Source: a virus
Lineage: Duplodnaviria > Caudoviricetes
Virus record (IMG/VR): IMGVR_UViG_3300036394_000008
Coordinates: 1 to 63,590 of that record
DNA: 63,590 nucleotides
Direction: 5' to 3' (one strand)
The position numbers were made by a program, and so were the translations under genes. Positions within the stretch are counted from its first letter, which is position 1, and each line of letters starts with the position of its first letter. Under the pieces are notes generated by a model that saw only the letters and a list, made by a program, of their open reading frames with translations, ran no database searches and was not told where the DNA came from. This document shows positions 28,600 through 38,139 of the stretch, piece after piece.

Positions 28600-29798
28600 G
28601 CCCTCACCCCCCGCAACATCGCGTTCGCCATCTGCACCCGAGCGCCGATCGGCACGGCGCCATTCTGCTCCCGCCGCTCCCTCTCCGCCAGTCGGCTCGT
28701 CTCGGCTGCCTTCAACCCGCCGACCAGGGCGCGGACGGTCGCAGGGAATCCTGCCCCCATAGCCGTCGCCGCCTCGCGGGCCCGCAGGCTCTCGCCGCAT
28801 ACGAGGTCGAGCACCTTGCGTTGGCGCGCATTCAACCCCTTCCGCATGTCGGCCAGGGTCTCGCCAGCTTCGATGGCGCGCGGCAGGGGAGCCTTCGGCT
28901 TGAAACCGCCTCCGCCCTCCCCCGCACGAGAGGCGAGACCCTCGATGATCTCATAGGCCGCGCCGTATTCCTCTCCGATCCGCACTAGATGTTCTTCGGC
29001 CATGGCCCCTCGGATCGCGCGGAGGTGGCCGGAGTGCAAGGCGTGCTCGATGCCGGTGAGGTTCTTGATGCGGACGGCACGGTCGTACTTGAACACCGCC
29101 TGCCCCCGCTTCTCGCCTCGGCGGTGGATGACCTTGGCGCCGAACCGGTCACGCTTGACCTCCGCGGTCTCCGCCTCTCGCGCCTGCATGGTCTGGCCGC
29201 GTGCTATCGCACGAAGCAATGGATCTCTCGCCTCGCCTAGGATGTCATAGGTGAGCTGCTCCTGGCCTTTGATCCCGGCCAACTTCTCCGCCAGGCCACG
29301 CACGCGATTTTCCACCCTCCGGATCTCCTTGCGGTTCTTCTTCAGGTTCCCGCCCTGCAACTGCTCAAGCTCCTTTTGGGCCGCTTGCAGCTTGCCCTCG
29401 GCGCTGGCGATGGCGTCGACGAAGTCTGGGGCGCGGAGCGACGACCCCACGCAAGCCGCCTGCCGGCTTCCGTCCAGCATTTGGCGTCGCTTCTCCGCAG
29501 AGATCCTGGATCGGATCGACCGGCGGGCGCCCTCGGCCTCGTCAGAGGTCATCATGCCGGCCGCCACCTTGGCGTCGATCCGATGCATGTCCGTGGTCCC
29601 CATGTGAGCCTCGGCGCGGGTGATGAACGCTGCGACGTCGTCTGTGTCGACGCCATCTCCGGCCTGGATCAACAGGAGATCTGACCAGAGTTCGTCCGTG
29701 AGTTCTGGCTTCGGCGTGGGGCTAACCATTGGCAACCCGGCGACCAGGATAAGCCCAGCTCCGGCGGCTTCGACTTCGGTTTCGATCATCGTGCTCAA
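28596..29798 (-). CDS. Putative late-gene regulator (Q position) with C-terminal sigma-region-4-like HTH
   Basis: LNARQRKVLDLVCGE..AREAA; located at the end of the replication operon, before the late leader. Confidence 0.55.
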   Translation of the reverse strand: MSTMIETEVEAAGAGLILVAGLPMVSPTPKPELTDELWSDLLLIQAGDGVDTDDVAAFITRAEAHMGTTDMHRIDAKVAAGMMTSDEAEGARRSIRSRISAEKRRQMLDGSRQAACVGSSLRAPDFVDAIASAEGKLQAAQKELEQLQGGNLKKNRKEIRRVENRVRGLAEKLAGIKGQEQLTYDILGEARDPLLRAIARGQTMQAREAETAEVKRDRFGAKVIHRRGEKRGQAVFKYDRAVRIKNLTGIEHALHSGHLRAIRGAMAEEHLVRIGEEYGAAYEIIEGLASRAGEGGGGFKPKAPLPRAIEAGETLADMRKGLNARQRKVLDLVCGESLRAREAATAMGAGFPATVRALVGGLKAAETSRLAERERREQNGAVPIGARVQMANAMLRGVRA

Positions 29799-29800
29799 CG

Positions 29801-30037
29801 CTAAATCCCCAGCGAACGGCGGGTTACGGCTACGCTCGACGCGATGGCGTCGAGATGGTTCTGCAATGCGGCGTGGGCAGCCTCAGTCGCCAATGCCAAG
29901 CGGGCAGGATCGCCCCTCAACACGGCGGCCTCGAACACCAGCATGGCCGCGGCCTGTTCCTTCTCGGCCGCGCTACGGTCGAAGCTGGCCTGCATCACTT
30001 CGCCGGCTGCTGGCTTGGGGCGGATCGGGCCGGTCAT
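29801..30037 (-). CDS. Small helical hypothetical protein
   Basis: ATG 30037; VFEAAVLRGD. Confidence 0.6.
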   Translation of the reverse strand: MTGPIRPKPAAGEVMQASFDRSAAEKEQAAAMLVFEAAVLRGDPARLALATEAAHAALQNHLDAIASSVAVTRRSLGI

Positions 30038-30333
30038 AGGCCACTCGCCCGCGCTATCGCCGTCCGGATGATCTCGCGGCCAGCAGCGTCCATGACCCGC
30101 GTGGCCCGTTCGGACGTGCACCACCAGCTGCGCTTGCCGATGCCGATTTCGCCGCGCTTGCGGAAGTAAGCTTTCAGGCGTCGATGGCGGGCCTTGGCCC
30201 ACATCGGGGCAGCCCGCTTGTGTTCGGCACAAAGCCACCAGGTCCAACGCCCCTTGAGCGAACGGCTGCAGAATGGGACAGCACACGGTGTGCGCTCGAG
30301 GTCATGCAAACTCCCTGGCGATGGAGATCTCAC
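30034..30333 (-). CDS. Hypothetical Cys/His protein
   Basis: CAVPFC...LCAEH; true start may be TTG 30309. Confidence 0.55.
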   Translation of the reverse strand: MRSPSPGSLHDLERTPCAVPFCSRSLKGRWTWWLCAEHKRAAPMWAKARHRRLKAYFRKRGEIGIGKRSWWCTSERATRVMDAAGREIIRTAIARASGL

Positions 30334-30517
30334 GCGATGTCGGCGCGCGCTCCTGATCAGGGGCGTGGGCGGCGCAGACGTACGGCGGGTTGGCTGGCCG
30401 GCGGTCGAGCGCGCAGGTCCAACGGAATGGCGTCGATCTCGAGTAGGCGGCCGCCTCGCTCGTGGGCTCCATGCCAGAGAACCAGCAGGTGCGGCAGGCT
30501 TTCGATGCCCCCCTCAT
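30302..30517 (-). CDS. Hypothetical small Cys-rich protein
   Basis: ATG 30517 with ATGA overlap; CRTCW...C...CAAH. Confidence 0.45.
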   Translation of the reverse strand: MRGASKACRTCWFSGMEPTSEAAAYSRSTPFRWTCALDRRPANPPYVCAAHAPDQERAPTSREISIAREFA

Positions 30518-31359
30518 ACCAGGCGTCCCTTCGCTTTGGGCTTGATTGGGTCGAGGGGGTAACCGGCGGCATCCATTGACGTTTCGATCCGCGAAACGAT
30601 GCTCGCCGCCACATCGCGGAGGTGCTGCAAGCCGTCCCACGAGTTTTGCAGTCCCGACGCACGTATGGCCTTCACCAGCCTTCCGATCTCCGCCGCGTCT
30701 GACGTGCCGGTCCACTCGTTGAGCGATAGGCCCGAGGCCGCCTCGAACGCTTCGACCTGGGCGACTGCCTTGGTGTTGTGGCGGGTCCGGCTCTCGACCG
30801 CCTGCGCCACCCGCTTCTCGTAGGCTTCGCGATCCGCCTGAATCATCGCGTCTGCGGCCTCCCGGACGCCGGCGCGCTGGACCTCGTCGGCGCGTCGCAG
30901 TAGCGCGGCGAGAAACCCACGGTCGCAGACCTTGGCTTCGGTCCTGGTCGCCTCGCGCAAGGTGCGCCAAGCCTTCCCGTCGAACACCCGGACGCCCCAA
31001 GCGGTTGGGACCTCCGACAGGTCCTGGATGACGCCAGGCGCGACGTGCACCCACCAGAAGTCGCAATAGGCGGCAATGCGTTCGGCCTTGGTCGGATCGG
31101 CAGCCTCGCGGCGCCAGTCTGCCCGGCTGATCTTGATCTCCACGCCATGCAGGTCCAGGCCGCGCGAGGGCCAGAGCGACATGATCACGGCGTCGGCGTA
31201 GCGGGTCCGCCCGGTTGCGTGGCCCGTCGCTGGCGCGACCTCCCACATGATGGCGTATTCAGGCGCGCACCAGCGCTTCAGCATGGCCTGACGGATCTCG
31301 CCCGACCGGATCGGCACCTTCGGCGATGCCGTTGGCGCGATGGTTGGCTGATCGCTCAC
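30514..31359 (-). CDS. PD-(D/E)xK nuclease, MmcB-like
   Basis: WEV......RYADAV..SLWPSRG..LHGVEIKISRADW..E. Confidence 0.8.
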   Translation of the reverse strand: MSDQPTIAPTASPKVPIRSGEIRQAMLKRWCAPEYAIMWEVAPATGHATGRTRYADAVIMSLWPSRGLDLHGVEIKISRADWRREAADPTKAERIAAYCDFWWVHVAPGVIQDLSEVPTAWGVRVFDGKAWRTLREATRTEAKVCDRGFLAALLRRADEVQRAGVREAADAMIQADREAYEKRVAQAVESRTRHNTKAVAQVEAFEAASGLSLNEWTGTSDAAEIGRLVKAIRASGLQNSWDGLQHLRDVAASIVSRIETSMDAAGYPLDPIKPKAKGRLV

Positions 31360-32465
31360 GCCGCCCTCACCTGCTCGCGGGCCAGGACCTGGACATCCTC
31401 GGCGGCGAGGCCTGCGCCGGCGTCAGCGATGATCTGCTCTGCAACGAAGGCGTTCGGTGCAATGACGGCACGGAAGGGGACCTCCTGCCATGTGCAGCGC
31501 CCCAGGTAGCTGCGGGCTTTGGCGCCGGTCATCGCGGTCTCGACGATCTTCATGACGTCAGCCGGGCCGTTCCACGCTGGAGGTGCCACCGTCTCCGGCT
31601 TGGCCTTCGCTGGAGGGGATCGGTCGATCTCGATGTCGATCCATTGGCGCCACGCGGCCGGCCAGTTGCGCTCACGTCGGTCCTTGGTGGCGGCGTGGTT
31701 TCGGAAGCGCTTCGCCTGCTGGCCAACGCTCAGCTCGACCGCGGCCGCATCCACCCAGCCCTCTGCGAGCGCTAAGTCGGGTGCCCCAGGAAAGTCATCC
31801 GGGATCTGTTCTTCAGGTTGCCTCTTCGGCGCTCTCGCTCCCGCCGGCTCGCTGGCGGAGAGAGAAGATCCCTTCTTCTTACCCTTCCCTGTCCCTTCTA
31901 TAGCCGTGACAGGTGCCGGACCGTCCGCCACCTGTCCGGCGGACAGGTCCGGGACAATCTCCGCCCCAATTTCGGACGCCTTCGCCCGCAATTCTGAGAG
32001 TGATGTGTTCCAAGCGAGGTGGATGCCCGCCGCCTTGAGCGCCGCAAATAGCCCTTTTCTTTCCTCGCGTTCCCGCCGTTTCCTCTCGGTCTCCGATTCC
32101 TTATTCTGCTGATGCTCCTGGCGCTCCTCCCAGGCGGTCATGGCCAGCTCGGCGATCACCGGATGGTAGTAGCGACCGTCCGAGCAAAGCACCCAACCAT
32201 GCAGCGCCATCTCGCGAACGCGTTCCCACTTTTCGAGATCGGCGACACGCGCGAGCCCGGCGAGGACCCTGGGTTCCGTCGGCAAGGATGCGGCCGGCGT
32301 CTGCTTCCAGGACGCCCACCAGAGCGCCAAGGCAGCCTTGAACTCCTCCCCGTTCGTCATGAAGAAGAGGTCGCTGTCGATCAGCCGATCGCCGTGCAGC
32401 GGCATGTAAGGCAGACCGCGCAAATTGCAGTCAGCCGGCGTGAGTGGCTTCGGAAGCCGGGCCAT
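31356..32465 (-). CDS. Replication initiator (DUF1376/YdaU-like)
   Basis: PLTPADCNLR..YMPL...L..SD; SW.Q.PAASLP; GWV.CSDGR.YHPV; adjacent to DnaB. Confidence 0.85.
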   Translation of the reverse strand: MARLPKPLTPADCNLRGLPYMPLHGDRLIDSDLFFMTNGEEFKAALALWWASWKQTPAASLPTEPRVLAGLARVADLEKWERVREMALHGWVLCSDGRYYHPVIAELAMTAWEERQEHQQNKESETERKRREREERKGLFAALKAAGIHLAWNTSLSELRAKASEIGAEIVPDLSAGQVADGPAPVTAIEGTGKGKKKGSSLSASEPAGARAPKRQPEEQIPDDFPGAPDLALAEGWVDAAAVELSVGQQAKRFRNHAATKDRRERNWPAAWRQWIDIEIDRSPPAKAKPETVAPPAWNGPADVMKIVETAMTGAKARSYLGRCTWQEVPFRAVIAPNAFVAEQIIADAGAGLAAEDVQVLAREQVRAA

Positions 32466-33964
32466 CAGTCGTCATCCCCATAAGGCAGTTGGGTGGTCCC
32501 GTGCAGCTCGTTCCGCGCGAGATTTCCGAACTTGGTTGTGTCGGCATTGAAGGCGAGGTGGACGGTGCCGATGGGCCCGTGCCGCTGCTTGGCGATGATC
32601 GCCTCTGCCTTCCCTCGGCAGGCGTACATCTCGTCCTGCCAGCGTTGGTGTTCTGGGGTGTCGGCGGCCGGCTCGTTGCGGCCGACGTAGTATTCCTCCC
32701 GGTAGAGGAACATCACCATGTCGGCGTCCTGCTCGATGGAGCCGGATTCCCGAAGGTCGGAGAGCTGGGGCCGCTTGTTCTCGCGGTTCTCGACCTGGCG
32801 CGAGAGTTGGGACAGCGCCAGGACGGGCACACCGAGGTCTTTGGCCAAGCCCTTCAGCCCGACCGTGATCTCGCTGACTTCCTGGACCCTCTCGCCGCCC
32901 TTGTAGATGCGGTTACCGCGGAGAAGCTGCAGGTAGTCCACCACGATCAGGTCGAGGCCGACCGTGCGCTTCAGGCGCCGCGCGCGGGCGGCGAGCTTGC
33001 CAATCGACAGGCCGGCAGTGTCATCTATGTGGAGCGGAAGGGTGTTGATCAGCTCTGCGGCGTCGCGGATCCGGCCAAACTCATTGGCGTCGATCTCGCC
33101 CTTGCGGATCTTGTCGCCTGAGACGCCCGACGCCTCGGCCAGGATCCGCATAGCCAGCTGCTCGCCGGACATCTCCAGGGAGAAGAAGGCGACGACCCCG
33201 CCAGCTACGGTCTTCTTCTCGCCGTCAGGCTGAACCTCGAAGGCGTAGTGCTTGGCTGCGTCGAAGGCGACGTTGCAGGCGAGCGCCGTTTTGCCCATCG
33301 ACGGGCGAGCCGCGAGGATCAGCAGGTCGGAGGGATGCATGCCGCCCAGCTTGCGGTCGAGGTCGATGAGACCGGTTGAGATGCCCGACAGGTTGCCGTC
33401 GCGCTGGAAGGCCTCGGCCGCGGTCTGAACCGCCTCGGTCAGATAGTCCCCGAAGGCTCGGAACCCCTGCCGTACGGATGTTTCACCCAGGGCGAAAAGC
33501 TGGAGCTCAACGCCTTCGGCGATTTCCCGCCCGCTCTGCTCCTGATCCTTGTCGGCCGCCTCGATCGCGTCTGCGCCGATCCTCATCACCTCGCGGCGAA
33601 GCGCGATGTCGATGATCTCGTCTGCATAGGCGGGCGCCGAGCTGGACGGGGGCGCGCGGTCAACCAGATCGGCCAAGTACCTGATGCCGCCAAGTTCACG
33701 GTATGCGCCGTCGTCCTTGAAGCGCTCGTCCAGCAGGACCGGATCGACAGCGACGCCGCGCCCCATCCGTTCGGAGACCACCTGCCAGAGGCGGCCGTGG
33801 AATGGCTCATAGAAGTGATCGCCCTTGAGCCCGTCCACCCGATGGAAGGCGTCGTTGTCGTAGAGGACCGATCCAAGGATCGCCTGCTCCGCCTCGATGT
33901 TGGCCGGCGGATGGCGCTCCTCCTGATTGGCGGGGCGCAGGTCCAGGGAGGCTGGCGCGTTCAT
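32465..33964 (-). CDS. dnaB: Replicative DNA helicase
   Basis: EAEQAILG, AARPSMGKT, FSLEMS, VDYLQL, LSQLSR, DLRESGSIEQDAD, KQRHGP. Confidence 0.98.
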   Translation of the reverse strand: MNAPASLDLRPANQEERHPPANIEAEQAILGSVLYDNDAFHRVDGLKGDHFYEPFHGRLWQVVSERMGRGVAVDPVLLDERFKDDGAYRELGGIRYLADLVDRAPPSSSAPAYADEIIDIALRREVMRIGADAIEAADKDQEQSGREIAEGVELQLFALGETSVRQGFRAFGDYLTEAVQTAAEAFQRDGNLSGISTGLIDLDRKLGGMHPSDLLILAARPSMGKTALACNVAFDAAKHYAFEVQPDGEKKTVAGGVVAFFSLEMSGEQLAMRILAEASGVSGDKIRKGEIDANEFGRIRDAAELINTLPLHIDDTAGLSIGKLAARARRLKRTVGLDLIVVDYLQLLRGNRIYKGGERVQEVSEITVGLKGLAKDLGVPVLALSQLSRQVENRENKRPQLSDLRESGSIEQDADMVMFLYREEYYVGRNEPAADTPEHQRWQDEMYACRGKAEAIIAKQRHGPIGTVHLAFNADTTKFGNLARNELHGTTQLPYGDDD

Positions 33965-36462
33965 CAGGCCGCCTCCTCGTCCATGAAGTCGAAGAGCGTG
34001 GGCGCGTTCGCTTCCAGCTCAGCCGACCGCATGTATCTGACGCCGTCGCGCCAGTAGGGTTCGTGCAGCTCAGTCCCCATTCCCCGGCGCCCGAGCATGA
34101 GAGCGCGGACCGGCACGGTGAACAGGCCGGCAAAGGGGTCGAACACGAGGTCGCCCTTGTTCGAGTAGAACCGGATGATCCGGTCGACGACGTCGAGCTG
34201 GAGCGGGCAGACGTGCTTCTCACGCCCCCCAAGGGATTGCTCGGAGTTGAGCGTCCGCATCCGCACAATGTCGGTCCAGACCTCGCCGCCAGATGAGCCC
34301 AGGGCTACCGCCGAGAAGGTCTTCGGCAGAGCCTTGCGGTCAGCCAGGGCCTCGGCGATCTCCACGTGCGCGTCGTGGTCGTAAACCGTCCGCGCTGAGT
34401 GCGCCTTGAAGGTGCGCGCCAGGACCTGGGGCGGCATGGCGGCAAGCTCGGCCGTCGTCAGCAGGCGGTCGCCGCTGCTGCGCCAATAGGCCGAGGCGTC
34501 GATCTGCCAGCGCGCCAGGCTGTACTCTTCGAGCGATTTGGTCACCGGCAGGTCGGCATAGCCGCGGCTTAGGTCCGACTGCGGCTTGCGGAAGAAGAGG
34601 ACGTATTCCGGCGAGCCGGCGCCCATCTTCGTCGAGTCCTTGCGCATCTCGGAGTAGCCGAGGCGGTAGGTCTGATTGTTCTCGCGGACGACGTCGGTTT
34701 CGATGGGCCGCACCGCGATCAGGGCGAAGCCGTGCCGGGTGTAGTGGGCGATGCAGTCAGCGTGGAAGGGTTCGACCGTCGGGAAACCCAGGCCGCTGAC
34801 GGCGCCGAATATGATCCGGTCCTTGACATGGACGGCCAGGATCCGGCCGGGCTGCAAGGTTCGCAGCAGCTCCGGCGTCAGGTGGTCCATCTGCCGGAAG
34901 AAGCCGGCGTTGTCGTCGTTGTGGCCGAAGTCGTTGTAGCTCTCGCAGTACTCGTACTGGGTTCCGAAGGGGATCGAGGTGACCATCAGCCCGACGCTGT
35001 TGTCGGGCATGTTCCTCACCTCATCAACGCAGTCGTTCCGGATAGCTGACCAGCCCTCGCCGCTCGCCTCCTGGCGCTCCACGCCAATGGACCGGCGCAT
35101 GGTCTCCACGGCCGCGATCTTGCCGAGGCCGTATTGGCGGATGATGGCGCTCATCCGCTCGCGCTGGACCCGGTCGCGCTCCCACTTCGCTTCGAACTCC
35201 CGGCGGATCTCGCGCTCGGTCTCGGCGAAGATGATGTCGATGGTCACGCCATGTCGCTGGCCGAAGCGCTGGATGCGGTGGATCGCCTGCGCGAAGTCGC
35301 GGAACTTGAAGCCGATGCCGGCGAAGATGGCCCGGTGGCAGTGGGCTTGAAGGTTGCCGCCGGCGCCGAGCATCACCGGCTTCGCGGCGAGGTCGGTGAT
35401 CTGACCTTCCTTGAAAGCGAGGATGGCCGCTTCCCGCTCGTCCAGCTCCTGCGTCCCGTAGACGCTGACGGCCGAGGGGATCGCCACCTCGATCGCGCGG
35501 CGCTCGTCCTCGAGGTCGTGCCAGAGCAGGAAGTGGTTCTCCGGCTCGGCTTCCCGCAGCTCCTTCATCTTGGCGATGCGGGCCGGCATGGTGTCGCGCT
35601 TCTCGCGGGCGGCTTCCTGAACGCCCACGGCCGCGTCCCGGATCAGGCGCATCTGACCGTTGCTCTCGGCGCCGGTGTCGCGGATCTCCGCCTGGACTTC
35701 GTGCCAACGGACCGTCAGCTCCGGCAGCTCGTAGCCGTCGTCGCTGAAGCCCAGGTCGGACGGCCGCTGCAGGAAGACGGCCCACGATGCGACCCAGAGC
35801 CAGAACTCCTCTTCCTTGTGCGGGTAGAGGGTGAGGTCGTTGGCCTTCTCGCTGTTGCGCTGGAAGAACCGGGTCAGGGCCTGCCCGGTGTCCATCACGC
35901 CCAGGAACCCGGCGTAGTGGATCAGCTCCTTGTAGCGGTTGGGCGAGGGCGTCGCCGTCGCCACGAACTTGAAGGGCACAGGCTCGAAGGCGGGCAAGAA
36001 CTCCTGGAAGGTCTTCGAGCCGTAGCTCCGCAACACGTCGGCCTCGTCGAGCGACGCCCCGGTGAAGATCTTCGGGTCGATCTTGCCGTCGCGGATCGTC
36101 TCGTAATTGACGAGGTGGACCTGGCCGTCACGGATTTCCGATGCCGACCGGATGAACGGCAGGTCCATTTCGAGCATTCGCGCGTCGTGGAAGAATTCCT
36201 GGCGCACGCCGAGCGGCGCGACGATGAGCCCGGGCCCGCCCTCGCGCTTGATGACCTGGCGGACGGTCTCCAGCTGCATCGACGTCTTGTGGAGCCCGTA
36301 GGCGGTGAAGAAGGCGCGGCACCCGCCGGCAAGGCCCCACTGCACGATCGCCCGCGCATGCGGCTTCAGCCAGGGATGCAGTTCGTCCAGCTCGACATGG
36401 AAGCCTGTGGCAGGCGCCGGGCAGGCCTTGGCTTCGAGAAACTCGCGATAGGCGTCGGTCAT
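33964..36462 (-). CDS. SF2/SNF2-like helicase fused to N4-C/N6-A DNA methyltransferase
   Basis: YGLHKT, LDEA, TATPSPN, QAIHRIQRFGQ; then TSIPF, HVCPLQ, FDPFAG. Confidence 0.92.
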   Translation of the reverse strand: MTDAYREFLEAKACPAPATGFHVELDELHPWLKPHARAIVQWGLAGGCRAFFTAYGLHKTSMQLETVRQVIKREGGPGLIVAPLGVRQEFFHDARMLEMDLPFIRSASEIRDGQVHLVNYETIRDGKIDPKIFTGASLDEADVLRSYGSKTFQEFLPAFEPVPFKFVATATPSPNRYKELIHYAGFLGVMDTGQALTRFFQRNSEKANDLTLYPHKEEEFWLWVASWAVFLQRPSDLGFSDDGYELPELTVRWHEVQAEIRDTGAESNGQMRLIRDAAVGVQEAAREKRDTMPARIAKMKELREAEPENHFLLWHDLEDERRAIEVAIPSAVSVYGTQELDEREAAILAFKEGQITDLAAKPVMLGAGGNLQAHCHRAIFAGIGFKFRDFAQAIHRIQRFGQRHGVTIDIIFAETEREIRREFEAKWERDRVQRERMSAIIRQYGLGKIAAVETMRRSIGVERQEASGEGWSAIRNDCVDEVRNMPDNSVGLMVTSIPFGTQYEYCESYNDFGHNDDNAGFFRQMDHLTPELLRTLQPGRILAVHVKDRIIFGAVSGLGFPTVEPFHADCIAHYTRHGFALIAVRPIETDVVRENNQTYRLGYSEMRKDSTKMGAGSPEYVLFFRKPQSDLSRGYADLPVTKSLEEYSLARWQIDASAYWRSSGDRLLTTAELAAMPPQVLARTFKAHSARTVYDHDAHVEIAEALADRKALPKTFSAVALGSSGGEVWTDIVRMRTLNSEQSLGGREKHVCPLQLDVVDRIIRFYSNKGDLVFDPFAGLFTVPVRALMLGRRGMGTELHEPYWRDGVRYMRSAELEANAPTLFDFMDEEAA

Positions 36463-37178
36463 GCCGCCATCTCCTGTTGCTTGAGGTGGCGTGCGAATTG
36501 CTGGCCGATGTAGCGAGTGAAGGAAGGCGGAACCGCCTCCGACATGCCGCCCATAGTGGCCCAGGGCATGCCCATCAGCTGGGCGGCCAGCGCGGGCCGA
36601 TTTTCGCCGGGGAAGTCCACGGTCCGTCCCGTGCCCTTGCCGGTCCGGTGTTCAGCGTCGCGACACCGAATGTGGCCACCGATGACGTTGGCGATGGGAT
36701 GGCCCTGGGCGCCAGGATCGGTGGGCGCCTGGAGCGGCCAACTCGTCTCAAAGCAGCGCGTCCGCTCCAGGACGTAGCGACGGCCGGTCGAGGTGATCAT
36801 GTGATCGCCGAACATCGTACCTGTCAGATAGACCGGGTCGATCAGGTGACCGGCATCGGCGACCTTCTTCACGTTCTCGATCACGTAGGGGACGCCAGCG
36901 GCTTGGAGCAGCTTCCGCGTCGCCGGGATCATGTTCCGATGGCGCGACTTGTCGTTGTTCATCGCGGTGCCGAACTGGCAGCCGGGACTAGCGTGGATCA
37001 GGTCGAACTGACGTAGAAAGCGGACATCAAGGTCAGTGATGTCAGCCCGCAGGAAGCCGTATCGGTACCGGCGTTGCCGTTTCCAATCGACGCCAACGAT
37101 GCGGTTGGCGCCGGCCTGACGGTAGCCTTCAGCGGCTCCGCCCTCGCAGCAGAAGAGGTCCAGGACGTCGAAGCTCAT
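36459..37178 (-). CDS. Short C5-cytosine DNA methyltransferase
   Basis: LDLFCCEGG (motif I), HASPGCQ (IV), IENV (VI), EAVPP (X). Confidence 0.85.
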   Translation of the reverse strand: MSFDVLDLFCCEGGAAEGYRQAGANRIVGVDWKRQRRYRYGFLRADITDLDVRFLRQFDLIHASPGCQFGTAMNNDKSRHRNMIPATRKLLQAAGVPYVIENVKKVADAGHLIDPVYLTGTMFGDHMITSTGRRYVLERTRCFETSWPLQAPTDPGAQGHPIANVIGGHIRCRDAEHRTGKGTGRTVDFPGENRPALAAQLMGMPWATMGGMSEAVPPSFTRYIGQQFARHLKQQEMAA

Positions 37179-37411
37179 GCCCGGTTCTCCCGGGGAGCCC
37201 ACTCAAGGGGGATCGTCGCGGCGTACTGCCTCGGCGCCTTGGGCTGCACGAGGTAGGTGACGGTCGCGACAAAGCCGAGGTCGGCGTGCAGTTGAACCGT
37301 GGCGTCGGGGTGAAGGTGCGCGCCCTCCCCGACCAGCCTTGCGAGGACTAGGGCGCCGGCGATGGTCGCCGTGGCCCGTACCGCCTCAATGGGAATGACC
37401 CAGGCTTTCAT
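37175..37411 (-). CDS. Hypothetical protein
   Basis: 78 aa, coupled. Confidence 0.5.
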   Translation of the reverse strand: MKAWVIPIEAVRATATIAGALVLARLVGEGAHLHPDATVQLHADLGFVATVTYLVQPKAPRQYAATIPLEWAPRENRA

Positions 37412-37617
37412 CGCATGTTCCTCTTCTGGGTCATGCGTTCCTGGTGACGGCGTGCGAGCCGGGTGTGCGTCATGAAGGCGTCTTCGGCGCTGGCCAGGCG
37501 CTCGAGCGCATTGCCGGCGACGCGCATGATCGCGGCGGCCATGGCGCGCTGCTGGGGCACGGAGGCGCAGGCCTCGGAGACGACGGCGACGGCCTTGTCG
37601 TTGATCTCGTCGCTCAT
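37408..37617 (-). CDS. Hypothetical protein
   Basis: ATG 37617 overlaps the gcrA stop. Confidence 0.55.
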   Translation of the reverse strand: MSDEINDKAVAVVSEACASVPQQRAMAAAIMRVAGNALERLASAEDAFMTHTRLARRHQERMTQKRNMR

Positions 37618-38138
37618 GAGTACCGCCGCAAGCTGCGGGTCAGCTCTCGCTGGGCGCGTTCCTTGCCGCCTTTGTGCGGCTGGAAGGCGATGCGGGCGTG
37701 CTCGACGCAGTAGGAGCCCTCTTCCTTGCGGCGACCGCAGAAAGTGAAGGCGTCGGTCGACGGGTCGCCGATGGGCCACTTGCACATCCGGCTCTCCAAG
37801 GTGAGCAGAGTGGCGAGGCCTGGGCCCTCCTCGACCTTCGCAACCTGCTCGCGCGCAGGCCGTGGCTCGGCTTCCTCGAAGACCGCCCCGTGGATGACCT
37901 TCAGCTTCGGCGCGGCCGTGCGGGGAGATGGGATGGATCGCGGTTGCCGCGGGGCGGCCTTGGCTGGCGGCTTACCAGGGCTCGAAGGCGCCAACCGGTC
38001 GGCCAGACCAAGCCGGTGAACCTTGCCGATCACGCCGTTCCGAGTTGTTCCGCCCAGCTCTTTGGCGATCTGGGCGCCGGACAAGCCATCGGCCCAGAGT
38101 TTTTTGAGGCGTTCCACGCGCTCGTCGGTCCAGCCCAT
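37614..38138 (-). CDS. gcrA: GcrA-family cell-cycle regulator
   Basis: MGWTDERVERLKKLWADGLSGAQIAKELGGTTRNGVIGKVHRLGL; MCKWPIGDP..F.FCG..YC.EH..IAFQP..ELTRSLRRY. Confidence 0.97.
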   Translation of the reverse strand: MGWTDERVERLKKLWADGLSGAQIAKELGGTTRNGVIGKVHRLGLADRLAPSSPGKPPAKAAPRQPRSIPSPRTAAPKLKVIHGAVFEEAEPRPAREQVAKVEEGPGLATLLTLESRMCKWPIGDPSTDAFTFCGRRKEEGSYCVEHARIAFQPHKGGKERAQRELTRSLRRYS

Positions 38139-38139
38139 C

